64,000 nt of DNA. Source: a virus. Positions 49,501 through 58,886 of the stretch are shown piece after piece. Below the pieces are notes generated by a model that saw only the letters and a list, made by a program, of their open reading frames with translations, ran no database searches and was not told where the DNA came from. The DNA lies in the IMG/VR virus record IMGVR_UViG_3300042402_003181; one strand, given 5' to 3'. Position 1 is the first letter of the stretch. Each line of letters begins with the position of its first letter. Both the position numbers and the translations under genes were made by a program.

Positions 49501-50022
49501 GAAATTGTAATTGGATCATCTGCTATTGGTTTAGGAAGTAATTCTACTGTAATTGGTAACAGTACTACAACTTCGGCTAAAATATTTGGTGCATTAACAT
49601 TAGCAGGTTCTTCGTCAACGTTGGCTGCTATTCTTACAAATATGGCAGAGGTAACAACTGTAATTGCAACTGCTGCAGCAACTTCAGTTACTTACTACAC
49701 GTCGTCACAGGCAGTTCTATATTATACAACTGCAGCATCATCAAACTGGGCTATAAACATAACACATTCAGCAGGTACTACACTAAACACCGCGTTAGGG
49801 ATTGGGCAATCAATCACTGTTGCATTTTTAGTAACTCAAGGAGCTACTGCATATTATAATACCGCAGTTCAAATAGACGGAACAGCAGTAACTCCAAAAT
49901 GGCAAGGTGGATCAGCGCCAACTTCCGGTAATACTAACGCTCTTGATGTATATTCGTACACTGTAATTAAAACTGCAGCTTCAACATTTACTGTGTTAGC
50001 ATCAATAACTAAATTTGCATAG
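46564..50022 (+). CDS. Tail fibre protein (1152 aa)
   Basis: Shares shaft modules with the 37057 and 54240 proteins. It has N.AIG repeats and a C-terminal PKWQGGSAPTSGNTNALDVYSYTVIK tip domain. Confidence 0.8.
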   Translation: MAQADFTIKSGFTANDILQVNSETDSTSSITGAAIVVGGMGIGKKLYVGSGINTTTGTFTSTVSTTQLTSTIAQGTAPFVVTSTTPVTNLKSDWVVTNANMTGPITGTGNVTSITSQTGTGTKFVVDNSPTLITPDIGVATATTVNKVTITAPATNSVLTIANNKTLTASNSITIAGTDSKTLTVTNSVAFSGTDSSTLAFRAGGQVAYTDKDKLSAFLATTSAELATVISDETGTGVLVFSTSPAFTTSITTGSTSFDLINTTATTVNFAKAATALSIGAATGTTTVNNNLQVTGDIYFNGTASKLSSTNIEVNDALVYFGANNIGDLLDLGWIGRYNNGVVNDAHVGFIRSAADKEWKLFSNITAEPTTTVDLTGATYDNLRIGKLTTTGVNKVAITAPTTSATLTIADGATFATSGAFTTTITSTANTAVTLPTSGILVNTSVTTLSSLASVGTITSGTWSGSFGIVSGSNLTSLTAGNLSGTIPSAVLANSTQYIGTTAITLSRASLAQTLTGVSIDGNAATVTSGVYTTGSYADPAWLTSLAYSKITGTPSAYSLLAATTTTLGGVKVDGSSITINGSGVISTPGPTLKTINSSSLLGSGDIAVVSSLSVTSANGFAGSISGTSSSAITISTSITGLLKGNGTAISAATVNTDYLPATSPAVTTSLTTPSTSFDLINTTATTVNFAKAATTLSIGAATGTTTINNAISSIFDATFNSCVVGSGSYSTNIRVGFGTLANVTAAGVRNTSVGYAPLSYTTSGTKNTAIGYGVLNVNSTGSSNTAIGSSALIKNSIGNYNVALGSESLINLTTSVATITFTAGSGYTANSTFTAAQLVYSSGTVAGSYPTATIVTNASGVVTSVTLVTYGTGFTDATTVMTYASMGAGTGFTVTAATLSATGSSNIAIGYQTLLSTTTSGTNIAIGTQSLALNTTGSSNTAIGHAAGYAGSSNANATGSNNVYVGYYAIGSGTANTNEIVIGSSAIGLGSNSTVIGNSTTTSAKIFGALTLAGSSSTLAAILTNMAEVTTVIATAAATSVTYYTSSQAVLYYTTAASSNWAINITHSAGTTLNTALGIGQSITVAFLVTQGATAYYNTAVQIDGTAVTPKWQGGSAPTSGNTNALDVYSYTVIKTAASTFTVLASITKFA

Positions 50023-50032
50023 GAAACACAAC

Positions 50033-53000
50033 ATGCCATCATTAATATCTTTTGGAACTGCAGCAGGACGTGCATATGGGTTAACTAATAAAAAGGGTTC
50101 GTCTATAGGTGATCCGTATTGGGATAATGTTACTATTATGTTACATTTTAATGGAACAAGCGGGTCTACTGTTGCTACTGATACAAGTAATAATCAGTTA
50201 ACAATGACTAATATATCGTCGTTAAACAGTATTAATACATCTACCTTAAAATTTGGAACTGGATCAATGTATTTTCCAGGAACTTCTAATTTAACTAATC
50301 CAAGTACTGCAACTACATTAGTTGGTTTAAATAACAATTTTACAATTGAATTTTGGGTATATCTTAATGGCACGCAAGGTGCATGGAAAGGATTTTGCGG
50401 AAACTATTTAGATTCGAGCTACGGATCAAGAAGCTGTTGGGCAATTGGGCTTGACGGCACCGGTAGTGGCTTAAGCTCGAGTATTGCAACCAGTACCAAC
50501 GGAACATATCAAGGTACATCTTTAGGTACATCAACTTATACAGTATCGCCAAACACATGGTATCATGTTGCATTTGTTCGATCAGGCAGCACGTTTACTC
50601 AATATGTTAATGGATCAAGTACTGGAAGTTTTACATATTCTGGTTCAATATATGATGGCGGTTCTAATCTTGAAGTCGGATCGTACATTAACGGAGGGTA
50701 TCGATTTACTGGATATATGGATGAATTTCGTATTACTAAAGGTGTTGCAAGATACACTGCAAACTTTGTTCCTCAATCATTTGAATTTTTAGATTTTAGT
50801 ACCAGTAGTACTGCCCCTGTAATTACTGCCATTGGCATATCATCTTCATCTGGTATACAAAATAATTATATGAATGAAACTGATTCATTAATTGCTGTAG
50901 TGTCGTTTAACAAAGCAGTTACTATAACAGGAACTCCGAGATTGGCAGCAAATATCGGTGGAAGTATTTTATATCTAAATTATGTAAGTATATCTGGATT
51001 AAACGTTTATTTTTCATATGGATCATTACCTGCAGGATATAACGACTCTGATGGTATTAGTTTTGATGCAAATGCAGTATCATTAAATGGCGGAACAATA
51101 ATTGATATAGCAGGTAATAGTGCTGATCTAACTAGTCTTGCAGTAGCAGCAAATCCATCGTATAAAGTAGACACTACCGCCCCAACTGGAGGATCGATAA
51201 GTGTAGATGCAAATGGATTAGTTACAGTAAGTGGATTAGAGTCTGGAGCAACTTGGCAATTCAGTACTAATTCTGGTAGTTCATGGACGACTGGTACCGG
51301 TACTACATTTTCTTTAGCTACGGGTTCATACGCAATAGGTTCAGTTCAAGTACGACAAACTGACTTAGCAGGTAACGTGCAAACATCTGGAATTGCATAT
51401 AATTCATCACTTATAACAGTAGCATCTACTTATGATGTAACAAAATTAAGCTTATTAATGAACTGTGACGGTGCAAATGGTTCAGCAATCTTTTTAGATC
51501 ATTCATTAAACAACGTAACTTTATCTAACGGAGGCGGTGCACCGCAACTAAGCACAGCTACCTATAAGTTCGGTACTTCGTCGTTGTATGTTAACGGATC
51601 AAGTAGCAGGGTGAGCGCACCAAATAACGCTTTATTTAACTTTGATTCAGGTGATTTAACTATTGAATTTTGGATGTACACTCCAATTGCATGGACAAGT
51701 CAAGCGTATAGTGCAGGAATACTTGGACAAAAGGCAAATGATTCTACTAACGGGTGGGTACTTTATATTGATGGAGGTTATCCATCTAAAATAAATGCAA
51801 GACTTGCATTAGAAAACAATTTTCCAACGGGAAGTACACCAACACAAAATACATGGGAACATTGGGCATTAGTAAGATCTGGTACAACATTAAAATGGTA
51901 TAAAAATGGAGTTTTAGATGCAACAGGTACATCCTTTGCTGCTGTTTCAGATTCAACTGGAACGTTTTATATTGGACACGCTCAAACATGGGGCGGATAT
52001 TTAAACGCGTATTTAGACGATATTCGAATTACTAAACAAGCATTGTATCTTTCAAACTTTACACCTCCTACATCAAAATTGTTAACTTATCCGGACATAT
52101 ACTATAACAATGTAAGTTTACTTTTAGTAGGCGATGGTGCTAATGGGGTAAACACGTTTACCGATCTAAGTCCTACACCTAAAGCAATTACTGCTGCCGG
52201 TAACGCTATTAACAGCACTACTACTTATAAAACTGGCACATCATCGATGTACTTTGACGGTACCGGCGATTATCTGTATGTAACAACTGCAAATTCTGCA
52301 TTTAATTACGACATAAGCAATTTTACTATTGAATTTTGGGTATATCCGCAAGCAGGTCCTGCGTCAACTTATAACCCAACATTCTTTACAAATCATGGTG
52401 ACAACGATTGGAATTCAGTAGGTACTGGTGTTCGTATTCATCATCAAAATGTGTTAATTGGAAGCTCTCAAATAACATTCAGTAGTCCTATAACTAATAA
52501 CGTGTGGACGCATGTTGCTCTAGTACGAAATGATAACATAATTACTGCATATAAAAACGGTGCAAGTGTTGGTAGTGTTTCGTACACCGGATCAGTCGGC
52601 GCCAATTCGGATCGTCCTGCATTAGCAACATCAGACAGTGTTGGTAGTGGAGGTAGAGAATTCTTACAAGGGTTTATCGACGACCTTCGTATTACTAAAG
52701 GTATTGCTCGATATACATCAAACTTTACTGCACCTGGACGATTAGGGGTGTTACGTATAGGAGCTTCTGCGCCGCTTACTATGACGTTAGCAGGTGGTAC
52801 TAATGTAACTATTAACAAAGCATGGTTAATGACAAACGGATGGGATGGAAATTCAATACTTTCTACAACTATTACTAATACTGCAGATATTCGATCTTCA
52901 ACTACTTCAGTTGCAGCATTAACATTTGCAGCTGATTTGTCAACACTACCATCTGGATCTTCTATTACTTTTACTAATAGCTCCGGAATTTATATTGCAG

Positions 53001-54190
53001 GACGAGGAGGAGATGGCGGTGTATGGGGAGGCGCAGGCGGCGCAGGCGGCACTGCAATAGCAGTAAACGCGGCAATTACATTTAACAATAATGGAATTAT
53101 TGGCGGTGGCGGTGGCGGTGGCAGCAGTTATTGGGGATGTGGTGGCGGTGGCTGGGGAGGCGGCAACGGCGGATCAACAGCCGACACAAGATCAGGCGGT
53201 GGAGGTGGTGGCGCCGGGGGTGGTGCAGCTGGTACCGGCCCGATGGGCAATGGCACAGCTGGTAGTACAAGTCTTGCAGGTGCAGGTGGTAGCGGTGGAT
53301 ATTCGGGCGCAAGTGGAGGTAGCTCACTTGGTGGAGGTGGCGGTGCCGGGTCAACACAAAGTGCAACAACAGGCGGTGCAGGTGGTGCTAACGGTAATGC
53401 AGGATCAGGTTCCGGTTACGGCGGTGCAGGTGGTGGTTCTGCTGGAGCTTCCGGTGGTATAAATACTGGCAGTGGTGCCGGCGGTGCAGCTGGTGCAGCG
53501 GTTGTTGGTAATTCTTATATTACCTGGGGAACTACTGGCACAAGATACGGAACTCCGTTTAGTGTAGTTATACCTACTCCATTAAACTTAGTTAGTTCAA
53601 ATCGATCGCCATTGTATGGTGCATCAAGCGCCGGTTCATGGCCTCCAAGTGGATGGACATCACAAATAAATAGTAGCCAAGACGATGCTAACTTTGGTCT
53701 TACCCTACCGTTTACTTTTTACTTTAACGGAACTGCATATACTACCGTGTATGTAGGATCAAACGCTTATATAACTTTTGGAAGTGGTTCGAGTAACTAC
53801 TCTGGGTTATCAGCTTCAAATCCAGCAATTGATAAAATCATGATGAATTCAGGTGACAGAAGTTGGCAACGGGTTGCCACTTATTCAACAAGTTCTTATG
53901 TAAGAATTAGATATGAAGGCAGTGCATCTACTTCAGGAACAGTCGGCGCATCAACAGTAATTTACGAATGTACAATATTTAATCCAAGTGTTCAAAGTGG
54001 AAACTCGGTAATTGAATGGATTATAGGATCTAGTAACATTATTAGTAGTACTAATATTGCGGGAATATATTCAAGTTCTGCATTAATAACAGCTTGGAGT
54101 CCGGCTGCAAATACATCATATGTATTTGCAAGTAATTCAACTGGAACAGCTTGGCAAGTGTACAGTGCATACATTAGCGGGTATTATTAA
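50033..54190 (+). CDS. Multi-domain adhesin: three LamG/ConA-like domains, an Ig-like domain and a polyglycine gp38-like domain
   Basis: Three units of the form NV.LL...DG.NG...FTIEFW...W.HVA.VR.G...DE/DDLRITK, plus the Gly-rich block IAGRGGDGG...GGAGGTAI...NNNGIIGGGGGGG. The likely start is ATG 50033 (SD AGGAAA). Confidence 0.8.
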   Translation: MPSLISFGTAAGRAYGLTNKKGSSIGDPYWDNVTIMLHFNGTSGSTVATDTSNNQLTMTNISSLNSINTSTLKFGTGSMYFPGTSNLTNPSTATTLVGLNNNFTIEFWVYLNGTQGAWKGFCGNYLDSSYGSRSCWAIGLDGTGSGLSSSIATSTNGTYQGTSLGTSTYTVSPNTWYHVAFVRSGSTFTQYVNGSSTGSFTYSGSIYDGGSNLEVGSYINGGYRFTGYMDEFRITKGVARYTANFVPQSFEFLDFSTSSTAPVITAIGISSSSGIQNNYMNETDSLIAVVSFNKAVTITGTPRLAANIGGSILYLNYVSISGLNVYFSYGSLPAGYNDSDGISFDANAVSLNGGTIIDIAGNSADLTSLAVAANPSYKVDTTAPTGGSISVDANGLVTVSGLESGATWQFSTNSGSSWTTGTGTTFSLATGSYAIGSVQVRQTDLAGNVQTSGIAYNSSLITVASTYDVTKLSLLMNCDGANGSAIFLDHSLNNVTLSNGGGAPQLSTATYKFGTSSLYVNGSSSRVSAPNNALFNFDSGDLTIEFWMYTPIAWTSQAYSAGILGQKANDSTNGWVLYIDGGYPSKINARLALENNFPTGSTPTQNTWEHWALVRSGTTLKWYKNGVLDATGTSFAAVSDSTGTFYIGHAQTWGGYLNAYLDDIRITKQALYLSNFTPPTSKLLTYPDIYYNNVSLLLVGDGANGVNTFTDLSPTPKAITAAGNAINSTTTYKTGTSSMYFDGTGDYLYVTTANSAFNYDISNFTIEFWVYPQAGPASTYNPTFFTNHGDNDWNSVGTGVRIHHQNVLIGSSQITFSSPITNNVWTHVALVRNDNIITAYKNGASVGSVSYTGSVGANSDRPALATSDSVGSGGREFLQGFIDDLRITKGIARYTSNFTAPGRLGVLRIGASAPLTMTLAGGTNVTINKAWLMTNGWDGNSILSTTITNTADIRSSTTSVAALTFAADLSTLPSGSSITFTNSSGIYIAGRGGDGGVWGGAGGAGGTAIAVNAAITFNNNGIIGGGGGGGSSYWGCGGGGWGGGNGGSTADTRSGGGGGGAGGGAAGTGPMGNGTAGSTSLAGAGGSGGYSGASGGSSLGGGGGAGSTQSATTGGAGGANGNAGSGSGYGGAGGGSAGASGGINTGSGAGGAAGAAVVGNSYITWGTTGTRYGTPFSVVIPTPLNLVSSNRSPLYGASSAGSWPPSGWTSQINSSQDDANFGLTLPFTFYFNGTAYTTVYVGSNAYITFGSGSSNYSGLSASNPAIDKIMMNSGDRSWQRVATYSTSSYVRIRYEGSASTSGTVGASTVIYECTIFNPSVQSGNSVIEWIIGSSNIISSTNIAGIYSSSALITAWSPAANTSYVFASNSTGTAWQVYSAYISGYY

Positions 54191-54204
54191 CTCTAATTTT
54201 TAAA

Positions 54205-54211
54205 CTAAATA
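54205..54211 (+). promoter_or_regulatory. Late promoter CTAAATA
   Basis: Upstream of 54240 (SD AAGGAG). No further such motif is seen in the intergenic gaps before 60992. Confidence 0.55.
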
Positions 54212-54239
54212 CTGCATATTAGCAGGAAAAGGAGATCTA

Positions 54240-57200
54240 ATGGCTATAGCAGATTTTGTCGTTAAACACGGAGCAACCGTTAACGAAATTGCAACATTTA
54301 CATCACAAACTGAAGCAACATCTACATCAAATGCAGCACTAATTGTTGCAGGTGGTGTAGGTATTGCAAAAAAACTTATTGTTGCATCAACAATATCCGG
54401 AACACAATTAATTTCAACTATTGCAACTGGTACTGCACCGTTTTCTGTAACGTCAACTACTACAGTTGCTAATTTAACTGCAGCAACCGTTGCAACTAAC
54501 GCAAATTTAACCGGACCAATTACATCGACAGGTAATGCTACTGCTATTGCAAGCCAAACTGGCACTGGTTCTAAATTTGTTATGGACACAAGTCCAACAT
54601 TAGTTACACCTGCGCTAGGAGTTGCAACTGCTACTTCAATTAACGGGTTAACAATTTCATCGTCAACTGGTACTTTAAGTATTGCAAATACCAAAACATT
54701 TGCAGTTAACAATACAATAACATTAGCCGGTACTGACTCTACTACTATTACATTACCAGCCACTACTGGAACAGTTGCACTTAATAATCAAATACATTAT
54801 ATTGGTACAACGTCAATTGCAATTAATAGGGCGTCGTTAGCACAAACATTAACCGGTGTTAGTATTGACGGAAATGCAGCCACTGTTACAACTAATGCAA
54901 ATTTAACTGGTGTTATTACGTCAACTGGTAATGCCACAGTTATTGCAAGCCAAACTGGTACTGGTTCTAAATTTGTAGTTGATACAAGTCCAACATTAGT
55001 AACTCCAATATTAGGCGTAGCAACTGCAACATCTATCAATAAAGTAGCAATTAGCACAATTGGTACTACTAATAATGCATCTATTGTAATAGGTGATACA
55101 AAAACTCTTACAGTTAACAATACATTAACTTTTAATGGAACGGATGCATCATCTGTAGCATTTGGCACAGGTGGCACAGTAGTTTATGCATCTAGCGGGC
55201 TGAGTCAATTTACATCAGCATCTACTACATCTGCTCAATTAGCAACTGTTATATCAGATGAAACCGGATCTGGATTATTAGTATTTGGTACTAGCCCAAA
55301 CATCATTACTTCGTTAACTACTACTTCAACTAGTTTTGATTTAATTAACGCTAATGCAACGACTGTAAATTTTGCTAAAGCGGCTACTGTATTAAGTATA
55401 GGAGCAACGACTGGCACTACTACAATTAACAATGATCTAACGGTATCAGGTGCATTAACTGTAAACGGAACAATTACTACTGTAAATTCAACTACAGTAA
55501 CCGTTGACGACAAGAACCTTGAATTAGGATCAGTTACTACACCAACTGATGTAACTGCAGACGGCGGCGGTATTACATTAAAAGCAGCTGCTGATAAAAC
55601 ATTCCAATGGGCATCTGCATCAAATACATGGGTAAGTAATATTGGGTTAACTGCAGCAACATCATTAGTATCATCGTCTGCATCATTTAACTTAATTAAT
55701 ACTACTGCAACTACTATAAACTTTGCAGGAGCAGCTACTACGTTAGCTATTGGTGTAGCTGGTACTGCTACTACGTTAAATGGATCAGTAAATTTACCAA
55801 ATGTTGGCACTTCTGGTTTTGTAAAATTAGGCGCAAGTGGTGCGTTAAGTGCTGATACAAATTCATATGCACTAACTAATCAAACAATGTATATTGGTAC
55901 TACTGCAATTAATATTAATAGAGCGTCAGGTGCATTAACGTTAACAGGCATAACAAGTATTGACGGAGCACTTGCAAGTCAAGGTGCAGTGGCAAATAAT
56001 ACAACTGGAACAGGATTAGCTCCAGGATTAAGTCACGCGCAAGTTTATAATAATGGATATCCTACAAGTTACGGTAACGTAATGACAATGTACGGCACAG
56101 GCGCATCTCAATTATTATTAGGGTGGTCTGGGACAACTGGTGCAACTGCTGACAACTATATAAGATCATTACGTGATTCAGCAGTAGGAACTAATGGTTG
56201 GTCAACATGGGATAAGATATTAACAAGTGCAAACTATAATACGTATTCTCCAACATTAACTGGTACTGGTGCAAGCGGAAATTGGGGTATTAATATTACT
56301 GGTACTGCTACTGGATTATCGTCATCACCAACAGTAACTGGAACGTTAACATTAGATTACGCACAAGCTGTTGGAACAGGAGCAATTGGACAATACGATG
56401 CAGTATACGGTTCAAGCACATCTTGGTATAATGCTGGGTTTAGAAATGATGGCGGAAACGTTTACTTATTAAGTTCAAATGTTCAAACTACACAGGCATT
56501 AGCTAAAGCTGCATCTTGGAATACATATAGACCACTGTCGTGGAATTTAAGTACTGGCATATTATCGTTATGTGCTTCGGGACAATCTATTAATATTGCA
56601 GGAGGTACAGGTAGTTCTCAAGTAAACATTGCATCGTCAAATGCATACGGCGGCGCTGGATATGCTGGGTTCTTTACTCTAACTAATACTAATGCCGGTG
56701 CTACTAATACTAACAAATATATTCGCACTAATATAGCAGGCGGACTTGAAGTAATTAACAATGCATATAACGCAGTAATTTTTGCAATATCCGATGCTGG
56801 AAATGTAAATATTTCTGGATCATTTAATGGTAGCGGCGCCGGTATATCAACTAATACTATTCCAGTTGCGTCAATTTCTGCCACCGGCACTAAAGATTCA
56901 ACTACATACTTAGCAGGTGATGGAACTTGGAAATCGACGTTACTTGAACCAACATACACTCCTTCTATTACAGGTAGTGGTGCAATTACATTAACTATAG
57001 ACTTTGCAACAGTGAACTCAACTACTATTTTAATTCCGTTACCAACAGGCATTACAGGAGCTACTATTACATTTACTAATTTAAGCAGTAAAGCAATATC
57101 AAATACTGTATTTTCATATAATGTAGTGTTGTCGCATGTTTCTGCATTATCCGCAACAACATCAATTGTTTGGAAATTTGGATCAGCTCTTAATCCAAAA

Positions 57201-57329
57201 TGGACTGGGAATATTATACCTCCAAGTACTGTTACTGCAGGTGCTATTGACATATGGTCGTTCTTTACATATGATGCAGGTGCAAGTTTAGTTGGCAGTC
57301 TATCAATGGCTGACGTTAGAAATGCATAA
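54240..57329 (+). CDS. Tail fibre protein (1029 aa)
   Basis: Shared shaft modules and a C-terminal tip domain PKWTGNIIPP...AGAIDIWSFFTYDAG. Confidence 0.8.
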   Translation: MAIADFVVKHGATVNEIATFTSQTEATSTSNAALIVAGGVGIAKKLIVASTISGTQLISTIATGTAPFSVTSTTTVANLTAATVATNANLTGPITSTGNATAIASQTGTGSKFVMDTSPTLVTPALGVATATSINGLTISSSTGTLSIANTKTFAVNNTITLAGTDSTTITLPATTGTVALNNQIHYIGTTSIAINRASLAQTLTGVSIDGNAATVTTNANLTGVITSTGNATVIASQTGTGSKFVVDTSPTLVTPILGVATATSINKVAISTIGTTNNASIVIGDTKTLTVNNTLTFNGTDASSVAFGTGGTVVYASSGLSQFTSASTTSAQLATVISDETGSGLLVFGTSPNIITSLTTTSTSFDLINANATTVNFAKAATVLSIGATTGTTTINNDLTVSGALTVNGTITTVNSTTVTVDDKNLELGSVTTPTDVTADGGGITLKAAADKTFQWASASNTWVSNIGLTAATSLVSSSASFNLINTTATTINFAGAATTLAIGVAGTATTLNGSVNLPNVGTSGFVKLGASGALSADTNSYALTNQTMYIGTTAININRASGALTLTGITSIDGALASQGAVANNTTGTGLAPGLSHAQVYNNGYPTSYGNVMTMYGTGASQLLLGWSGTTGATADNYIRSLRDSAVGTNGWSTWDKILTSANYNTYSPTLTGTGASGNWGINITGTATGLSSSPTVTGTLTLDYAQAVGTGAIGQYDAVYGSSTSWYNAGFRNDGGNVYLLSSNVQTTQALAKAASWNTYRPLSWNLSTGILSLCASGQSINIAGGTGSSQVNIASSNAYGGAGYAGFFTLTNTNAGATNTNKYIRTNIAGGLEVINNAYNAVIFAISDAGNVNISGSFNGSGAGISTNTIPVASISATGTKDSTTYLAGDGTWKSTLLEPTYTPSITGSGAITLTIDFATVNSTTILIPLPTGITGATITFTNLSSKAISNTVFSYNVVLSHVSALSATTSIVWKFGSALNPKWTGNIIPPSTVTAGAIDIWSFFTYDAGASLVGSLSMADVRNA

Positions 57330-57338
57330 GGATTAGTA

Positions 57339-58877
57339 ATGTTTTCAAGATTAATTAAAAAAGTATTTACAGAAACTACAAACATTTCCGATATTACACC
57401 TGTTACATTTAATGCAACCGGTAATTATAATCCAAGATACGGAAAGTCTCGCCAATACGTAAGTGGAAAAGGAGCCGCCGGTTCGTATATAGCCGGCACT
57501 GCAAATTATAATGTAGTTGCTGGGACTGCAAATTATACAACAGTTACTGGTACTGCAAATTACACAACAGTTACTGGGAATGCAAATTATAATACTGTTA
57601 ATGGATTTGATGTTTATTATACTGCTACTGGGAATGCAGAATATTATAATACTGGAGGCAATGCAATTTATAGCACAGTTACTGGGACTGCAAATTACTA
57701 TGCGCCGACTGCAGTTGCTGCAACAAGTAACTCTACCGCTAATTATACTAATAACTCTGGTGGGACTATTTACGGTAGTTATGTTAATGAAACTAGTTTT
57801 TCATCAAACAATTACTCAACATACGGTCAAGGTCCAGTTAATGCAGGATCGGCGTATAGTGCAGGATATAATACATGGTATCGTACAACTACGTATCAGT
57901 ACTATAGTGCAATTGCATTTAGCCCAGGTAATAATGCAAATTATAATGCATCTAATCTAAATGCAACAACCTATAATGCATCTAATCTAAATGCAACAAC
58001 CTATAATGCTGCAACTCCCGGTACTATTGGATATATGTCGTACGTTGCCCAAGGATGGAATGTAAATTATGCAAAAGGTGCACCAAACACATATTTCAAT
58101 ACAACGCTGTATAGGACAGTAGGTGTAAATTATTATTATACATTGTATTATGCATTGTACACAACACCATTACCTTCACCATCATATATTTACAGCGGCG
58201 CATATACTGAAAATCAAGGACCGGTACCTAAGGCAAGTGCGCTACCGGCTAACTATGCAAATACAAATTATTACTCTCTTACTGCGGTTGACGGAGTTAT
58301 ACCTATACAATCTATACCAGGAACTTATAATACACAAAATGCAATTCCAGGAACTTATAATACACAAACTGTTGCAAGCTATAATACCCCAAATGCGTAT
58401 TCAGCATTTAGAATTTGGTATAATGTTCAATATTTAACTGTATACGACAGTAATGCGTTTACTCAACTTGGAAATGTGTCTGGTAATAATAATCCAAGTT
58501 TTCCGCATAATGGTAATAACGCAATAACTCCAGTGCTTTGGTATTATAATACAAACTATCCATACTGGTATACTAATAATACAAATTATCCGTATGCAAA
58601 TACTAATGCAACAAATTATCCGTATGCAAATACTAATGCAACAAATTATCCGTATGCAAATACTAATGCAACAAATTATCCGTATGCAAATACTAATGCA
58701 AATATTACAAATACCGGCGGTTCGTCTAGCGTACTTGGAATAACATTACCTGGCGGATACGGTGGGCCAAGTACAGTAGTACCTGCTACATTAGCATCAT
58801 CTATACCAAAATACGGAACTACAACACCAGTAACTGTACCCTCCGGTGGGTATGTTACAATTACATTTACACTATGA
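57339..58877 (+). CDS. Repeat-rich N/Y/T adhesin-like protein (512 aa), partner of the 54240 fibre
   Basis: Non-repetitive N- and C-terminal caps (FNATGNYNPRYGKSRQYVSGKGAAG; LGITLPGGYGG...PVTVPSGGYVTITF) flank four blocks of 9-10-aa tandem repeats. Confidence 0.75.
   Translation: MFSRLIKKVFTETTNISDITPVTFNATGNYNPRYGKSRQYVSGKGAAGSYIAGTANYNVVAGTANYTTVTGTANYTTVTGNANYNTVNGFDVYYTATGNAEYYNTGGNAIYSTVTGTANYYAPTAVAATSNSTANYTNNSGGTIYGSYVNETSFSSNNYSTYGQGPVNAGSAYSAGYNTWYRTTTYQYYSAIAFSPGNNANYNASNLNATTYNASNLNATTYNAATPGTIGYMSYVAQGWNVNYAKGAPNTYFNTTLYRTVGVNYYYTLYYALYTTPLPSPSYIYSGAYTENQGPVPKASALPANYANTNYYSLTAVDGVIPIQSIPGTYNTQNAIPGTYNTQTVASYNTPNAYSAFRIWYNVQYLTVYDSNAFTQLGNVSGNNNPSFPHNGNNAITPVLWYYNTNYPYWYTNNTNYPYANTNATNYPYANTNATNYPYANTNATNYPYANTNANITNTGGSSSVLGITLPGGYGGPSTVVPATLASSIPKYGTTTPVTVPSGGYVTITFTL
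57942..58009 (+). repeat. In-frame 30-bp tandem repeat (YNASNLNATT, ~2.3 copies)
   Basis: TATAATGCATCTAATCTAAATGCAACAACC at 57942 and 57972. Confidence 0.9.
58581..58700 (+). repeat. In-frame perfect 30-bp tandem repeat (TNYPYANTNA, 4 copies)
   Basis: ACAAATTATCCGTATGCAAATACTAATGCA repeated exactly four times. Confidence 0.95.
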
Positions 58878-58886
58878 GAACCTAAT

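Noticed and set aside
39121-55605. Near-identical fibre segments (39121 vs 55503) as a DGR template/variable-repeat pair
   Set aside because: The differences are mostly synonymous third-position changes of all kinds, not adenine-specific. Both copies are mid-gene and no reverse transcriptase is in the window.
58581-58700. 30-bp perfect direct repeats as a CRISPR array
   Set aside because: The units are head-to-tail with no spacers, are a multiple of 3 and lie in frame within a CDS. No cas genes are present.
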